36,327 nucleotides of DNA from Catajapyx aquilonaris (GCA_000934665.2 JYFJ02003927.1:1-36327); one strand, 5' to 3'; positions 1 to 12,470 are shown, numbered from the stretch's first letter. A program made the numbers and translations. Notes: a model not told the origin generated them from the sequence alone.

Positions 1-221
1 AAAATGGGTATAAGTAAATTGTTATTGCCGTGTATTTCCATGGCAGCCAAAACCATCAAAGATGGCGGACCCCGCGGACCTTGACGGCCTGCCTGTACCC
101 TATTTACACCTCGTTGACATACCACACACGTCAAGATGGCCGCCAGCCTTGACAACGCCATAAACAGAGAGAATAAAAAAAATCGAATGTTTGCGTCTCT
201 TATGTAGTATATGCTCCCTGG
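1..221. mobile_element. Possible right end of a non-autonomous DNA transposon truncated by the window edge
   Basis: Two AAGATGGC(G/C) motifs each followed by CCTTGAC (about 59-85 and 133-153), ending in TAGTATATGCTCCCTGG; the partner end is not visible. Confidence 0.25.
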
Positions 222-1762
222 CTGGACACATTAGCCGTCTCTGATTGGTTTTTTTTCTTCGTCGGCGACGCGACGGCGCGGCGCGAGTTACCTGGCAACC
301 CCGTCCGGCGGCCTAATTCAAACATTAGCATATGGAGACTGCTTAGTGTTCTTTCCATTGTTACCACTGTTTACAAAGAGCGAGTGACGCGGTTGACCAA
401 GCTATACGGGAAAATTATGATGTTAGAAGCAAGCCACTCTGGGAAAATGTTCCCTGCTGGACGCAAAGAAAGGTTTTCGTCCACAGCACACGAAATACTG
501 TATATTCCATCCCTGAAGAGGGGGTGTCAATTAAGATCAGGGGTGTGCTAATTGAAAGTGCGTCAACTGACGGATTATTTCGGTTTGTCTTTGTGTCTTT
601 TCCGCGTAATTTGATACCGCTAAGACGAATGGAGACCATGCTCCGTACGTCAGACACTTCGTCAATCTCATAATATTTGTCCCCAAAGACGTCCTAAAAT
701 ACACTTCACGCAACAAAAGGAATAAACACCGTCAACAAAAAGACACTGTTTACTCCTATTGTTGAGTGAGGGAATTTCCATGGAAACAGGAAATGTGGGT
801 GGCTCCAAAAGAGCATGCTATAAATGAGGCATTGATTAAACATTTACATATTGAGTAAGGGTTTTTAAAAATATTTCTTCCCTTAAAACGTAGGTGACGA
901 AATTAGGAACACCTTTTGTGAACCTGGAAGAACGAGTGTCTTCACTATTTAAATGTTATGCTTTTTCCTACTAATTTTTAAAACTTTAATTGCGAGTCTA
1001 GTAGGTAAATATTCAATGTATTAAAATCCATTTCCATTGGTCAAAACTTTTCCCATCTAAAGAATATGGTGGAACAACAGTCATTGGCCAATACGGATAT
1101 AGTCTACATGAGATGACTTTAGTTCCGCCAGGTAAATCTGCATTATAAATGGAGTTCTTCTTGATTAGTCTGCTCCTGACATGCTGTTTGTGATCTCGTG
1201 TCAAACGCTCTCCACATTTTCACTTTTCTGTCGGGCTAGCTGAAATTTATTTAACCATTACCCGCCGCGAAATCAAGTGCACAGAAGTGTTATTTACTGA
1301 TGGTTCGAAAGGTTACAACCGGTAAGAAAGTGGCCCTGTTGGAGCAGTTATCCTTTACTTGCACTTTGTGTCGGAAGGGGTGTCCCATAAATCCCATCAC
1401 GACATCACGTCTAGAGCTCAATGCATGCTACGTTGAACGTAGCTCGTCGTGCTTATGCGACAAATAGTAGGCCTTCCATACCTTCCCATTTCTATTTGGC
1501 GCAACTTTATTAATATTCGTGAGACAATAATGGAAATGAACTTTCTAAAAAACCGCAAATTAAGTGAGGCAATGAAGCGAACGGTAAAGGCGGACATGAA
1601 AGAGATGCCATTCCCAGCACAGCCAGTCTCGGAACGGAAATATTGCTGATTCGTCAAGCTTTCAATGATGGACTTTGCAGTACAGCGCGAACTGTGTCCT
1701 TTGATATTCAACTGCACCGATAACATTCTTTAATGGAGATGCGGATTAATAGTAGTGCTTAC

Positions 1763-1807
1763 CTGCTCCACCCATAGATTGGTCGTCATGATTTGATTCT
1801 TGAGATT
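1763..1807 (-). CDS. nAChRalpha4: nAChR alpha subunit coding exon 2 (45 bp, NLKNQIMTTNLWVEQ)
   Basis: Minus strand reads tcttttctttcag|AAT CTC AAG AAT CAA ATC ATG ACG ACC AAT CTA TGG GTG GAG CAG|gtaagc: polypyrimidine tract, AG acceptor, GT donor. The peptide is the expected continuation of LIDV in insect nAChR alpha subunits; phase 0 on both sides. Confidence 0.95.
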
Positions 1808-4800
1808 CTGAAAGAAAAGAGACAGTGTTAAACGTCAAATTGACCAGTTTATGTCAAAAGCTGGGTTCACACGGGATCTGAACCCAACGTAATATACAAG
1901 TACAAGGTTGGAAAAACAGGTGTACAACCGCTCTAAATGATATATTTTGTTGGTTCTTTTACACATAAGATGACAATCACTTCACATGCGGTGTATGTCT
2001 AGGTACAAGTATAATGTCAAGAATGCCATAGTGCAGATCTGCGCATGTATACTGTACGTACTGCAGTCGCTGTGCTATACACTAGGAAGTAGGCGATGGG
2101 GAGAGGACTGATGGGGTGAGGAACAATTTGCCACTCTGCGTGAATGCCCCTACATCAATCACCCTTTTACTGTTGGGACTGGAATCACTAGGGAGTACTG
2201 ACACAAAAGTGCTGACCTAAGACTTCATGTCGTCGGGTTCTACAATTAGGCTACCTTTGAGCTGGGTCTTGAACTTGATCAGGATCGCAAAAAATGTCAT
2301 CTCTGATTATAGCCCTCTAATGTCTTTTATCTCCTAAGAGTGAGGTAAAAGAAAGCCTATACCCACATTTATCATTCTTTACCAGAAGAATTAGCCTGAT
2401 TTCAAAGTTAGGTTTTTAGCCTAAACAGTTACATGGCTCTGTAACTGTACTATTTAGATCTGTTACCATTGTACTAGTTTAGTAAATTTTGATTACAGTT
2501 ATGGGGATGACTATCATGTTAATTTAATTAAATCTGAATTCATCTCGTGCTTTAAATTTCTTTACATTGCAAGCTTTGTTATTTAATTATTGCTTGATGT
2601 GTTGATTGTTATTAGTTCTGGCAAAGACCACGTAATTGTTATCTTATCCTGCTTAGCCTACTGTATAATATTCTACTACCTGGTACACAGACTAGTTCCG
2701 GAAAGTTAAATATTTTTAGTTACTTGCTTTCTCCCTAACGCTGTTGAATGGGCTGTGAAACTGTAATGCAGTCTACCCAGTTCTGGAATGAAGATGTAGC
2801 CATTGCCATTTAGTAACACGTTACACGTTCTGCTCGTTTTGACTATCATAAACATAAATGTCTCTAATTTCAAGTAATATATTAAGCTGCATGCCAACTT
2901 AAACTATTCTCAGCATTATAAGTCATTTTCAGAAGAAACTGCCTGCAACTTTACAACCTTTGAATACACACTGAAAGATACGTAAAGTCTTATGCGTACA
3001 ACAATAGGAGATTCATAATTTGCCCGCATTTTGTGCATGTACGGGGATGATTATAGAGGAGGTACAGTACGGGCGAAAATAAAATCCGGCACTCAGAGAG
3101 ATAGTTGCTGGGCAATAACAATAATTTGCATATAAATATTCATATAAACTGACGTACTTAAATTCTACAGCTAGATCTTTCAACCCATTTCGTGTTTGAT
3201 TAAAGCGGTTACTTCCGGTGGAAATTCCAACTGTAGATCCCCTATAAAGTGATCTTTACTTTTGTTTTCTAAAGCAAAATAACTATGAGCATGAAACGGC
3301 TTTCTTTCCTTAACCTATATAGGCCTATCATATAATTATCTGAACTTGACTAAGCAACTTCCGGATACGGATATAATGTGCCCGTACATTTCGGTCATTA
3401 CGTGTGTAATGTAGCATATTTATGTAGTAATAACGACATTTCTTCCATTCTAAACGGGTGATATAGCAATTTCAGTGCTGCTTAGTTTAGTGATGCGATA
3501 AGCCAAAATGCATGGAAACCGTGGCAGTAACTAGACCAGAAACTCCTGCTGCATCTTGTAGAAAGAGAACAATGCAGGATATGGTAAAAAAAATAGTAAG
3601 AAAAACAGGCTGAAAATTCTTTTCTGGAGCCCTGGCAACGTTTCAATCCTTCGTCGAAGATTGATGATAGGCGTGCGCACTTTTTCTCAAGGTTGGAAGT
3701 GAATTTAAAAAGGTCGCTGAATCCAAGTGGGAAGAAGAATAAAAGGATGATACCATGGGAGGAGAAAGAAGGCGGAGACAAGGGGGCTTGAGGGATGGCA
3801 TAAAAGAGGAAAAGGCTCACTATTTTTCTCTTTTTTGCCTAAGAGTGTTGGACCCAGAATGGAGCTGGGAAAAGAGAGACACGCGACCTACAAATCTCCA
3901 TCGTGTTATACACCATGTCTTTTGAGATCCATTCATTTCTACCACCATGTGACATGCTATCTTTGGTTTTTAACGTAATAGCATTACTCTCGGTTGGGAA
4001 TCGAGCACTTGGGTGCCATTTTGCATCCCAGTTTTTGTGTACTTTGCTGCTGCTTTCGGCTCCGCTCCATGCACAGGGGAGGGAGAAGGGAAAAGCCTCA
4101 CAGCTACTGTAGGCTCTCTGATTCAGCCTGAATTACTAGGCTATTACTGGAGTCCACTTTGGGACATACCAAATTTGTGGTTTTCATGCAGGGACCAGGG
4201 CGAAGTGAGGGAAATGCTAAATGGGTTGGGTAAAAGGAGTTCAAGGGTCGCTCACGGAAAGGTGCTGCAATTATTCATGAACATGATGGAAACCCTAGTT
4301 CGACACTTTCTTTGCCTTGCAGAAGATGCAAATGTACTCATGCAGACTAGGGGAATGATAAAGTGCCTGCGGTCTCTATTCTCTCTAGTCCTTTATTGCC
4401 ATCCCCATACTTCGGTTTATTTTCCTATTTTATTTGTCTAGGTCTACTTGAAAATACACCATGCATACAACATGGTTTACAAGTGACATACGGACGGAGT
4501 AGGCTAGACTGAACACATAATGCCTGCGAAAACAATGGAACCAGAGCCGGGATAGAACTTATGAACTGCATATTGCAAGTTATAGTTATGGCCATTCCAA
4601 CGCCTGATAAGGTTCCAAACAACGCTCGGCATTATGCTGCGACAATGAGATTCCAGCTCATCATATTATGTCATTGAGATCCTCAGCCCCAGCAACACAT
4701 TCCACCGCTAACATCATACCAATTTAGCTTCCATTCGACACCCTAGGTTGTTCAGTCAATGTGCTATTAACAATATTACTTTTTCCACTGGATGTTGTCA

Positions 4801-6073
4801 TATTGTTGGCCCTGCATGCCCAAGTTAGCGGAGCCTCTGATATAAAATAATCTATTTCAGCTTGCATTATACTGTCAGTATTATTATTTTCTCTATGGAG
4901 TTCGATAGCGCGACACCCATTTTTGAACAATACACTGTACAGTAGAGGGTCTGAGTATAAATCCAATCACGTAGTATATTCGAAAGAGACTTTTGCGATT
5001 CCATCTCCGCACTAGTTTCAGGAGCAGGCTATCGCTACTCATATTTTCTCTAACCTACTTTCACACTCTATAATTCCTTTGATCGTAAATCTTTTTTAAA
5101 ATGCTACCGCCGTGTGTTTTCAGGTTGGTATCGAATGCAAATGTAAGCTCGGATAGAGTCTAGCTATCCATGCCAAAAACAAACCTGCATAACCTCTCAC
5201 AATAATCCCCATTCATGACTGAAAGGAGATTATGGCTTATCTATCGCGAAGTTAAAATAAAAGTGAAGGGATTAAGGAAAGTCATTATTACCCTATGTAT
5301 ATCAAGAAGGAGAGATGTTGACATTGATCTTGAATTCTTGAAGTCAATATACTTTTGAGAAAATACATGCTCTTGTCACCACTCTTGGACAAAATATTGC
5401 AGAAATATAGGTACACAATTTCTACTGCACGTCGTAGGTGCAATACTGCTGTTTTGTGACGGCACATCGATCATTTTCGCCTATTGCGGATGAGAAGAAA
5501 ACAGAAACACGACTGCTGATTGGTGCGAGATTATTGCAGCTCTGTGCTTCTGTTCGCTCCTATACTGCCGTGCTATCGAAAGGGTCATTTTTTGCAACAT
5601 TCCACTCAGTAATTACGGCACATATAACCGCAATAAATAAAATATGGCGCGTCTGTGTCGCTAGAATATTTGGAAGCCCCTAGAGGAATACAAGATTGCG
5701 CTTTTTGCTTATCAGGCTGGGTTTGAAATGATGAAAGTTGCGCAAAGCGGAAATGATGGGTTCGCGAGTGCCACCTGGGATGTTTCATGCTATCGAACCC
5801 TTCCCACCTCCCTCCTCCTCATCCTCCCTATCCCACTTCTCCTCACTGCTACTAAAACCGCTAACGCCAAGCCAAACAGCCAAGAGTATCCCCCAGGCGA
5901 CGTCCATGACGCTTGCCGGAAGTCGCTGGTCCACATTGCCATGAAAGCACTCGATATGATCACGCTCGGATAACTACAATCTCACTTTCTGTATAATTTT
6001 TTGTAGCCCCAGCTTGTGTTTCATGATCATAAGATGCTAAAAAAATGTATGTGATTTCCAGAATCCCCATGTT

Positions 6074-6214
6074 CAGTTGTAGAAAGGAGAAAGGTAGCAG
6101 ACCTGAAGCTCAAACTAATCTCCATGAGAGACTATCCTCCCTCTGCCTCACGCGCCTTTCTAGGAGGCTAGTTTGAACTTCAGGTCTGCTACCTTACTCA
6201 TTTCCGCGACTATG
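6074..6214. mobile_element. Short hairpin MITE (CAGT-like ends, Tc1/mariner-like)
   Basis: 27-bp inverted repeat 6091-6117 / 6169-6195 with one mismatch (AAGGTAGCAGACCTGAAG[C/T]TCAAACTA), extending imperfectly outward to about 6074 and 6214. Confidence 0.65.
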
Positions 6215-6231
6215 TACAGTACTGTACATCT

Positions 6232-6510
6232 AGCCGGCCCTGGTGGTCTGGTGGTTTAGTGCGCTCGCCTCTAGACCCAACGTTGTGGGTTCGAACCCGG
6301 CCGTGGTCGGTGACTTTTCTCCGGGTGGTAGAAAAGTGAGAGTGCGCCTTCCTTCGGAGGGGAAGTAAAGCCGTCGGTCGCGTGTGCTTGTGACATTGCG
6401 CGCGTGCACGTTAAAGATCCCCAGAGTGGCCAATTTCCAGGAGGACCACCCCCTGGCGTCGGTGTTGAACCTTGAGGCATAATTAGGCCGACGTTAAGCC
6501 CCACTGATAA
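6232..6510 (+). mobile_element. tRNA-derived SINE family A (Nin/Ruka-like core), full length
   Basis: A box TGGTCTGGTGG, B box GGTTCGAACCC (6298-6299 end region); core GCACGTTAAAGATCCCCAG; perfect 14-bp TSD AGTACTGTACATCT at 6218-6231 and 6511-6524. Confidence 0.9.
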
Positions 6511-7679
6511 AGTACTGTACATCTTGAGGAGGTCCAGGGCAAAGTGACTGGAGTGACATGGCAGGGGTCAAACATCCGCAAAAGTGATACACTTTATAAT
6601 GCATAGATGCATACAACTTGACAATTACGAATGAAAGCAAGCTGAATTTATTATAAGTAATGGGACAAAGGGAGAGTAAGTGCAACATTCCTTATGTGAC
6701 CCAAGGCCCGGAAGCAATTTCAAAGTCCTCAAACAGATATTTCAGCTGCAGGCAGTGAAACTTGTCAAGCGCTTCCCGAAGTTTTGTTCAAGTCTTTACG
6801 ACAAGTAGGAAAACGAGTCAAACGCAGAGTCTCAAAGTTCCACCGGAGGAATAAAAAAAAATGTTAAGAGTTTCTTAGGAAGGAAGGCTTTGAGCTAAAC
6901 AGAGTTATACAATACATGCCTGAGATGTACCGACTCAGAATACAATGGTGTGGTTTTAGACATTAATTTGAGTACAAAAATTTTGACCATTTTAAATCAA
7001 ATGCTGAATTCACATTATTCTGCTCACATTTTTCCTTATCTTGCGCAAGAAACCTATAAAAGCTGGCACTCTGAGGTTAGATTATCGCAGACACACTTTT
7101 CTTGCCTAGGCTACATTCATTCATCCCTTGTGATCAGTTACATTCAGATTGGCTGGAAAAGTACGAGGCCGGTGTGCATCGTAAAAGAAGTACGGTATTC
7201 TGCCTCTACTGTTCTAATGGGAACATACTGCATTCACCTTTTGGAACAGGGTTACAGTTACGGCTGTTCCGCAGTCGTTAATCATCATAAAATAGCACGG
7301 CTTCACACTTTGCAACTCAAACAATGATGATTGAATAAAATAGTGTTTCCTTTCTGGCCTGCTATGTTTTGTACGTAATTTGGGGGCAATCATGATGAAC
7401 ACAGGATACGACCACAAACTTAGATAAAGGAACGGTAGATTCGTTGCATGATTGCACATTATGTATATCTGCTAATAAATCTACACTGTTTGATGAACAA
7501 AGATTATTATGGGAAGCCTCATTTTTACCAGCAATTTTGAATGATTAGTGCTGTTTTAGTAGTGCATTTTTACTCTCTGAAATAGCATGTCGAGCATTTT
7601 CAAAGGAACAGGGGGGGGGGGTGATAACGTACAAAAGTGTCATTTTTCAGGAGAACGGATTTAAGTTTGCATCTTCACA

Positions 7680-8380
7680 GATCTGGGACATAATACCTAA
7701 AACCATAATACCGACAGCCGAAATACCTTCAGGCCACAATACCGGAACTGCCAAAATACCTACTGGTCAAAATACCGGAACTGCCATAATACATACATAC
7801 CAGTACCATATACGCATACAGGGTGTTCCAAGTTTGTGGGTCACTTATTGATAACAGATATCACCCGATATCAGTTAGTTTTGTAGATTGTTGTGTCCCG
7901 GACCATGTCCCCTATTCTATGACTACTTCTATATTCGACCCACTGCTCTGGTAGGAGACCGAATTTGGCAGGGTTATGGGCACTCTGTACCAACATAACC
8001 CATAAACCTAACCTTCCTTCCTTGAGGATACAGACCTATCTTCAGCGGATACACGCCTATTCTTCAGCGGATACACGCCTATCTTTTAGCAGATACAAGC
8101 CTTAGGAAAGATGGTAAATTGCGGGGTCTCCAGATATGAAAGACTAGCCTCATTAAAACCTGCTGCCGATTGAACAAGCGAGTCTAACATGCAATCATTA
8201 TTTCGGTCGTATACAGCAGTGTAGGTATTTTGACTAGTAGGTATTTCGGCTGTTGGTATTTTGGGCTGATGATAAAGGAATTTGCAGGTGTAACCGAAGA
8301 GGCCTCACCATCTGATTAGACCACCTGATTTTGGGCTGTCGGTATTATGGTGTTAGGTAGGCTATTATGTCCGAGCAGGC
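7680..8380. mobile_element. Non-autonomous foldback/MULE-like element with subterminal tandem ~15-bp repeats and nested insertions
   Basis: Inverted arms 7686-7719 / 8334-8372 (GGACATAATACCTAA.ACCATAATACCGACAGCC), further AATACC-containing ~15-bp units at 7720-7790 mirrored at about 8215-8270; flanking direct repeat TCTTCACA at 7672-7679 and 8381-8388. Confidence 0.7.
8026..8104 (+). repeat. Minisatellite, 21-22 bp unit GGATACACGCCTATCTTCAGC x ~3.6
   Basis: Copies start at 8026, 8047, 8069 and 8091. They lie inside a small sub-element bounded by GGAGACC.AATTT (about 7954) / AAATTGCGGGGTCTCC (about 8116-8130) that contains AAACCTAACC. Confidence 0.85.
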
Positions 8381-10735
8381 TCTTCACAAATCATAGGTAA
8401 TGCTGGTTTTGATCTAGTCCGTGTTGCCGTCTCGTGTTATGATACGTGAACTTGAGTTTTCCAAACTGTTTGTCATGTCTTATACATAGTTACTAAGTGT
8501 TTAGGTCAACAATGACAAAAACTATCACCATGCCACCACACCCCTCAAATGATTGTTTTTTGCAATAATCATGAATAACGTCTGTAATTATTTTGTGTAT
8601 AGTTTTTGAGAAGATGCCGCCAGTTGATTTTAATTATGGGCCATAACTTTTGTACAAGATTACAATGAAGGGCTGAAAGGTGAAAGGTTCCTCTGATCTA
8701 TAGGGAGCATTCAGCACAGCAAAATTCATGTCAGTAAAGCTAGATGGATGTAAAACGTCCGCACAACTTCTCCTAAACTGTTCGTCTTGTATAAATAACG
8801 CTTCCTATTTGATCGCATGATAGAAAGGAAAGAATGTAGGGTGGAATTTAATCCTGGATGTGCGCTACTACTGTAAGTGGAACGACTTTGATTTGAAAAC
8901 CTGGCTCTGCCTACTTTTGGACGATATCCGAAATGCGATCGAAACGACACCCTGAAAGGTCCTTTGAAAGCAAGAGGTGAAGGAACATTCCAAGGATGTG
9001 GTTCTTCTCTCGTCTCATAATTTTCCGTTTGACCGGGCAGGAAAAGAGGTTTGGAGAAGTCATTTATGATCAAGGCGGCAATCCAACACGGAGAAGGAAG
9101 CTAAGAAAGAAGGAATGAGGGAAAAATTGATCCATGTTACCATCTAGGACCTTTCGTGCCTAGCCTCAAGATGAGTTGCGCAATTGCAAGCCAGCCAGAC
9201 CAGATCCCTAATGGGAGTGGTGCAAATTGTTGACACGGTCTTTGGGGACATGTTGTGCTATGACATAAACGCGACCCTTGAAACTACGTGCTCAGTGAGT
9301 GCTAACCGCCAATTTCCATTGGCCCAACTCTTCACTGGGAGGGATTAAAAGAATATTATTCAACAATTTCATCCCCTCAAAGACAATAAAAGCTCTAGTG
9401 ATTTTCCATCATCTAATAGGTTCACATTCAGTAATAAAGCCCGTGAGCGAATTTCCATGTTATTGATCTGAAGAAAAAGTTTGAGAATTCAACCAATTAG
9501 TCTGGCTTTTAATACTGTACTTGTTTGTAATCTGGGGAAGATGAACTTTATTACCCGTGCAAATTCTGTTATTAGCCGTTTAATAAACGGGTCCATAATT
9601 GATTTTGGCGCGAGGCGTTCCTTTTTTTCTGGGCTTTCTTTAGCTGAAGAGTTCCGTTTAATATTGGGCTTGGTTCAGGCGCCACGTGAATGAATGCAAT
9701 CAATCAATCTACACGAGATGCCACACTTTGATTCAATTTTTTGTTGGGTTTAAGAACAGGAGTCAAGCCCAGTTCCCCCTTTACTTGGCAACTCGGTTCA
9801 TTTTCTTGGGCCAATTTGGACGTGCAGGGCGAGGCTATCTGCCAGCTGTCATGCAGAGGCCAGCAGCTGCAAGATAGCTGATGCCAGCTCTACACTATAT
9901 AAGACGACCATACATGTCCGAAAGATGTCACTAACTTTTGACCCACTTTTGTCTTTTCCAGTAGTGTCATTCTTGAACTTTGACGAGAAAGGAGGACGCA
10001 TCAGCAAAGCTTGGCCGGGCAATATGTCCCACCATGGCCTCTGTTTACTCAACACCGCGGCCCCATTTCCTGCCTGAAAACTTAGAAACAAACTATATGT
10101 ACTGTACAGATCTTGATTTTGATAGATAATAGCACTGCCTCTTATGAACACTCAGAAAATGTGTGTTTCTCGTGAACAAGATTTCTGTCCATCTCCTCTT
10201 AGCTTGCCCCTTAGCTCATAGTGCCCAATGTCGCATAGTGACTATTGTAAGGAGGCATAATGCCTAGTAATGAACTGGCTTGTTTTTATTGTTGGCACGT
10301 CTCACTTCAGAAATGGGGCCCAATTCAGAGCAGTGAATGAAGCAGTTCTATTCGGGGGAAGTAATGAGGGTCCATGCACGTGTTCCGAGGGAGCAAGCCT
10401 AGAATGGCCATAGAATTTCCTGCGCCCAACACCAAAATGGCGGATTCCGATGGTTAACCTTCGTCCTCATTTCTGACCTCGTAGAAACATTGAAATTCTA
10501 ACAACGCTTACACTACATACACATTATCAAGCCACACTATTCCATGATTCACTCTCACTCTGTCACAAAGAAATAATGGGACAAGAAATGTTCATTCAAT
10601 TAGGCCTAAAGTATTGGGTAGCATTATTTTTTGCAGTAAGTTATTTAATATTTTATTCATTAACAAATAAGCTCTCTATAGGTTAACGCAGTCTAAATGA
10701 AATTTATTTAATTCAATGCGACAAGGAGAGGTAAT

Positions 10736-10988
10736 AATAATGGATACCCCGCGATAGGCCCCTTGGGCCTCTTAGGGGATCATCTTTTCGTGAACCGTCT
10801 TTAATCATTGCCTGCGTGTGATGGATTTTGATTGCAGGAGGAAACGGGAGAACCCCGAGAAAACCCACGCGAACACGGAGAGAACCCATCGAAACTCTAT
10901 CCACATAAGCATCCTTTGCGCGACCCGGGGATCGAACTCGGGACCTTAGAGGTGGAAGGCTGTGGCGCTAACCACTCCGCCACCGTGT
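10736..10988 (-). mobile_element. tRNA-derived SINE family B (V-domain-like core), full length
   Basis: Minus strand: A box TGGCGGAGTGG, B box AGTTCGATCCC, core GTTCTCTCCGTGTTCGCGTGGGTTTTCTCGGGGTTCTCCCGTTTCCTCC, (ATT)n tail; perfect 17-bp TSD CGACAAGGAGAGGTAAT at 10719-10735 and 10989-11005. Confidence 0.92.
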
Positions 10989-11671
10989 CGACAAGGAGAG
11001 GTAATTGTAAGTGGTCTGTTGAGTTATGAGGACAGTATTGGACATTAGATCTCATCAGTTCAAACTGAATTCACATAGGCGTCTCATCTCACAAAGGAAT
11101 ATGAGTATGATATACATGGGAACACATAAATACTACTAACTTGTGTTGGGTTGCATTGATTGATACCATGCATTTGTAACCTACTCCTTCCGGGTGAACT
11201 GTAAATGAGTGTCACATATCTGTGCAGTGTACTTGACCTATGTTGCTGTTATGGGAGAGGGGCATAGAATGCTGGGTAAAATTAACTGAGAGGTAAAAAT
11301 ATTTATTCGTACGTCAATGATAATTTTAAAGAATTCCCTCGACAGATGTTATTATAGAAAAGGTAGGTTTTCCCATTTTTTTCGAATGTGAAGGGGGTGT
11401 ACAGTACCTCACCCAGGAGCATAATCTTTAGCGATAACCCATGGCCTTATTTTTAATCGTAGACTACTCCCAAAACAAACCCCCAAAATGACTCAACGCT
11501 GCATGGAAATCGCGAAGACCCAATTGTTATTTTTGATTGGTTGGTCAGCGCTGCTCGTGACTTTGGAAATAAAGGTAATAATAGGGAGATCGGGGTCGGT
11601 TGTAACACTTTTTAGTCCGGATTTTTTAGTTCAGTTACATATGCATTTATACAAAGGTTTTTGACATGGTG

Positions 11672-12470
11672 ATTTTTTTATTTTTTTTATTTTACCACAT
11701 TGACAGATCATCGCTCAACAGGGTTCGGAAATTTAAACTACCTACGCCTTGGAGGATGGTAGAAGGGTTCTAGACGATCATTTTAAGTATAGGTATCATG
11801 GGTCTCCGTAGCATGGTTACAGAGATAATAAGCATTAAATAAAAGTGCATTATACCGGCTTCTATGTTTCGGATACAGCCTACGACACTGCTATTGCCTA
11901 GGCCACTGTCTGCTACGCCTAATAGGATTGCGTTTTAAATTTAAATAGCATGATAACATCCTAAATTCAAATGAAAAATGTAAGGTCGCATGGAGGGACG
12001 CATACCTGCCAGGATGTCTTATACTTTGTGTTTGAAGCACATTATCTCGATAACTATGCTTCGGTGACGCACGTTGCATATACTTAAAATCATCGCCTAG
12101 AAGCCTTCTACCATCCCTTAAAGCGAAGGTAGATTAAATTTCCGAACCCTGGTATTAGGGGGGTGGAACACCACCATATTTTCCTTGATATTTTCAATTT
12201 TCTTAATTTTCTTCAGATCCTTGCAAGGATGAAAGGACATGGGATAGGGATGGGGGATTTTTTGGGGAGGGGACACTGGCTCAGTGCAATATCATAAACT
12301 AGGTCATGTGCAGTCCCCCAGGAGGTTAGGTTGCCAGACACCTCCAAGGCGCGGCGCGGGTCAGAGACCCTTCTGACTCAGGCGAAAGGGAAATCCCGGG
12401 CGGGGATCGAACCTGGGACCTTTCACTCAGCAGGCCGAGACGTTACCAGCTCGGCCACCGCACCTCCCCC
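11672..12470 (-). mobile_element. tRNA-derived SINE family C, copy 1 (interrupted by a MITE)
   Basis: Minus-strand head GGTGGCCGAGCTGGTAACG...GGTTCGATCCCC (12470..12400); body homologous to 25177-25721 (shared CCCCAGGAGGTTAGGTTGCCAGACACCTCCAAGGCG); A-rich tail 11672-11693; 9-bp TSD GACATGGTG at 11663-11671 and 12471-12479. The body 12155-12470 is secure; the tail assignment is inferred. Confidence 0.75.
11719..12151. mobile_element. MITE with ~73-bp TIRs and CAGGG termini (hAT-like)
   Basis: CAGGGTTCGGAAATTTAA...TTTTAAGTATA (11719-11791) is the reverse complement of 12079-12151 with about 9 mismatches; no clean 8-bp TSD seen. Confidence 0.8.

Noticed and set aside
1020..1135. Plus-strand frame containing PSKEYGG, reminiscent of the nAChR exon 3 motif WEPKEYGG
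   Set aside because: Wrong strand relative to exons 1-2 and lacks the W.DYKL.W and HVP..IW context; treated as coincidence.
7686..8104. CRISPR-like array from short repeats
   Set aside because: Repeats are tandem without unique spacers, there are no cas genes, and the context is a eukaryotic intron.
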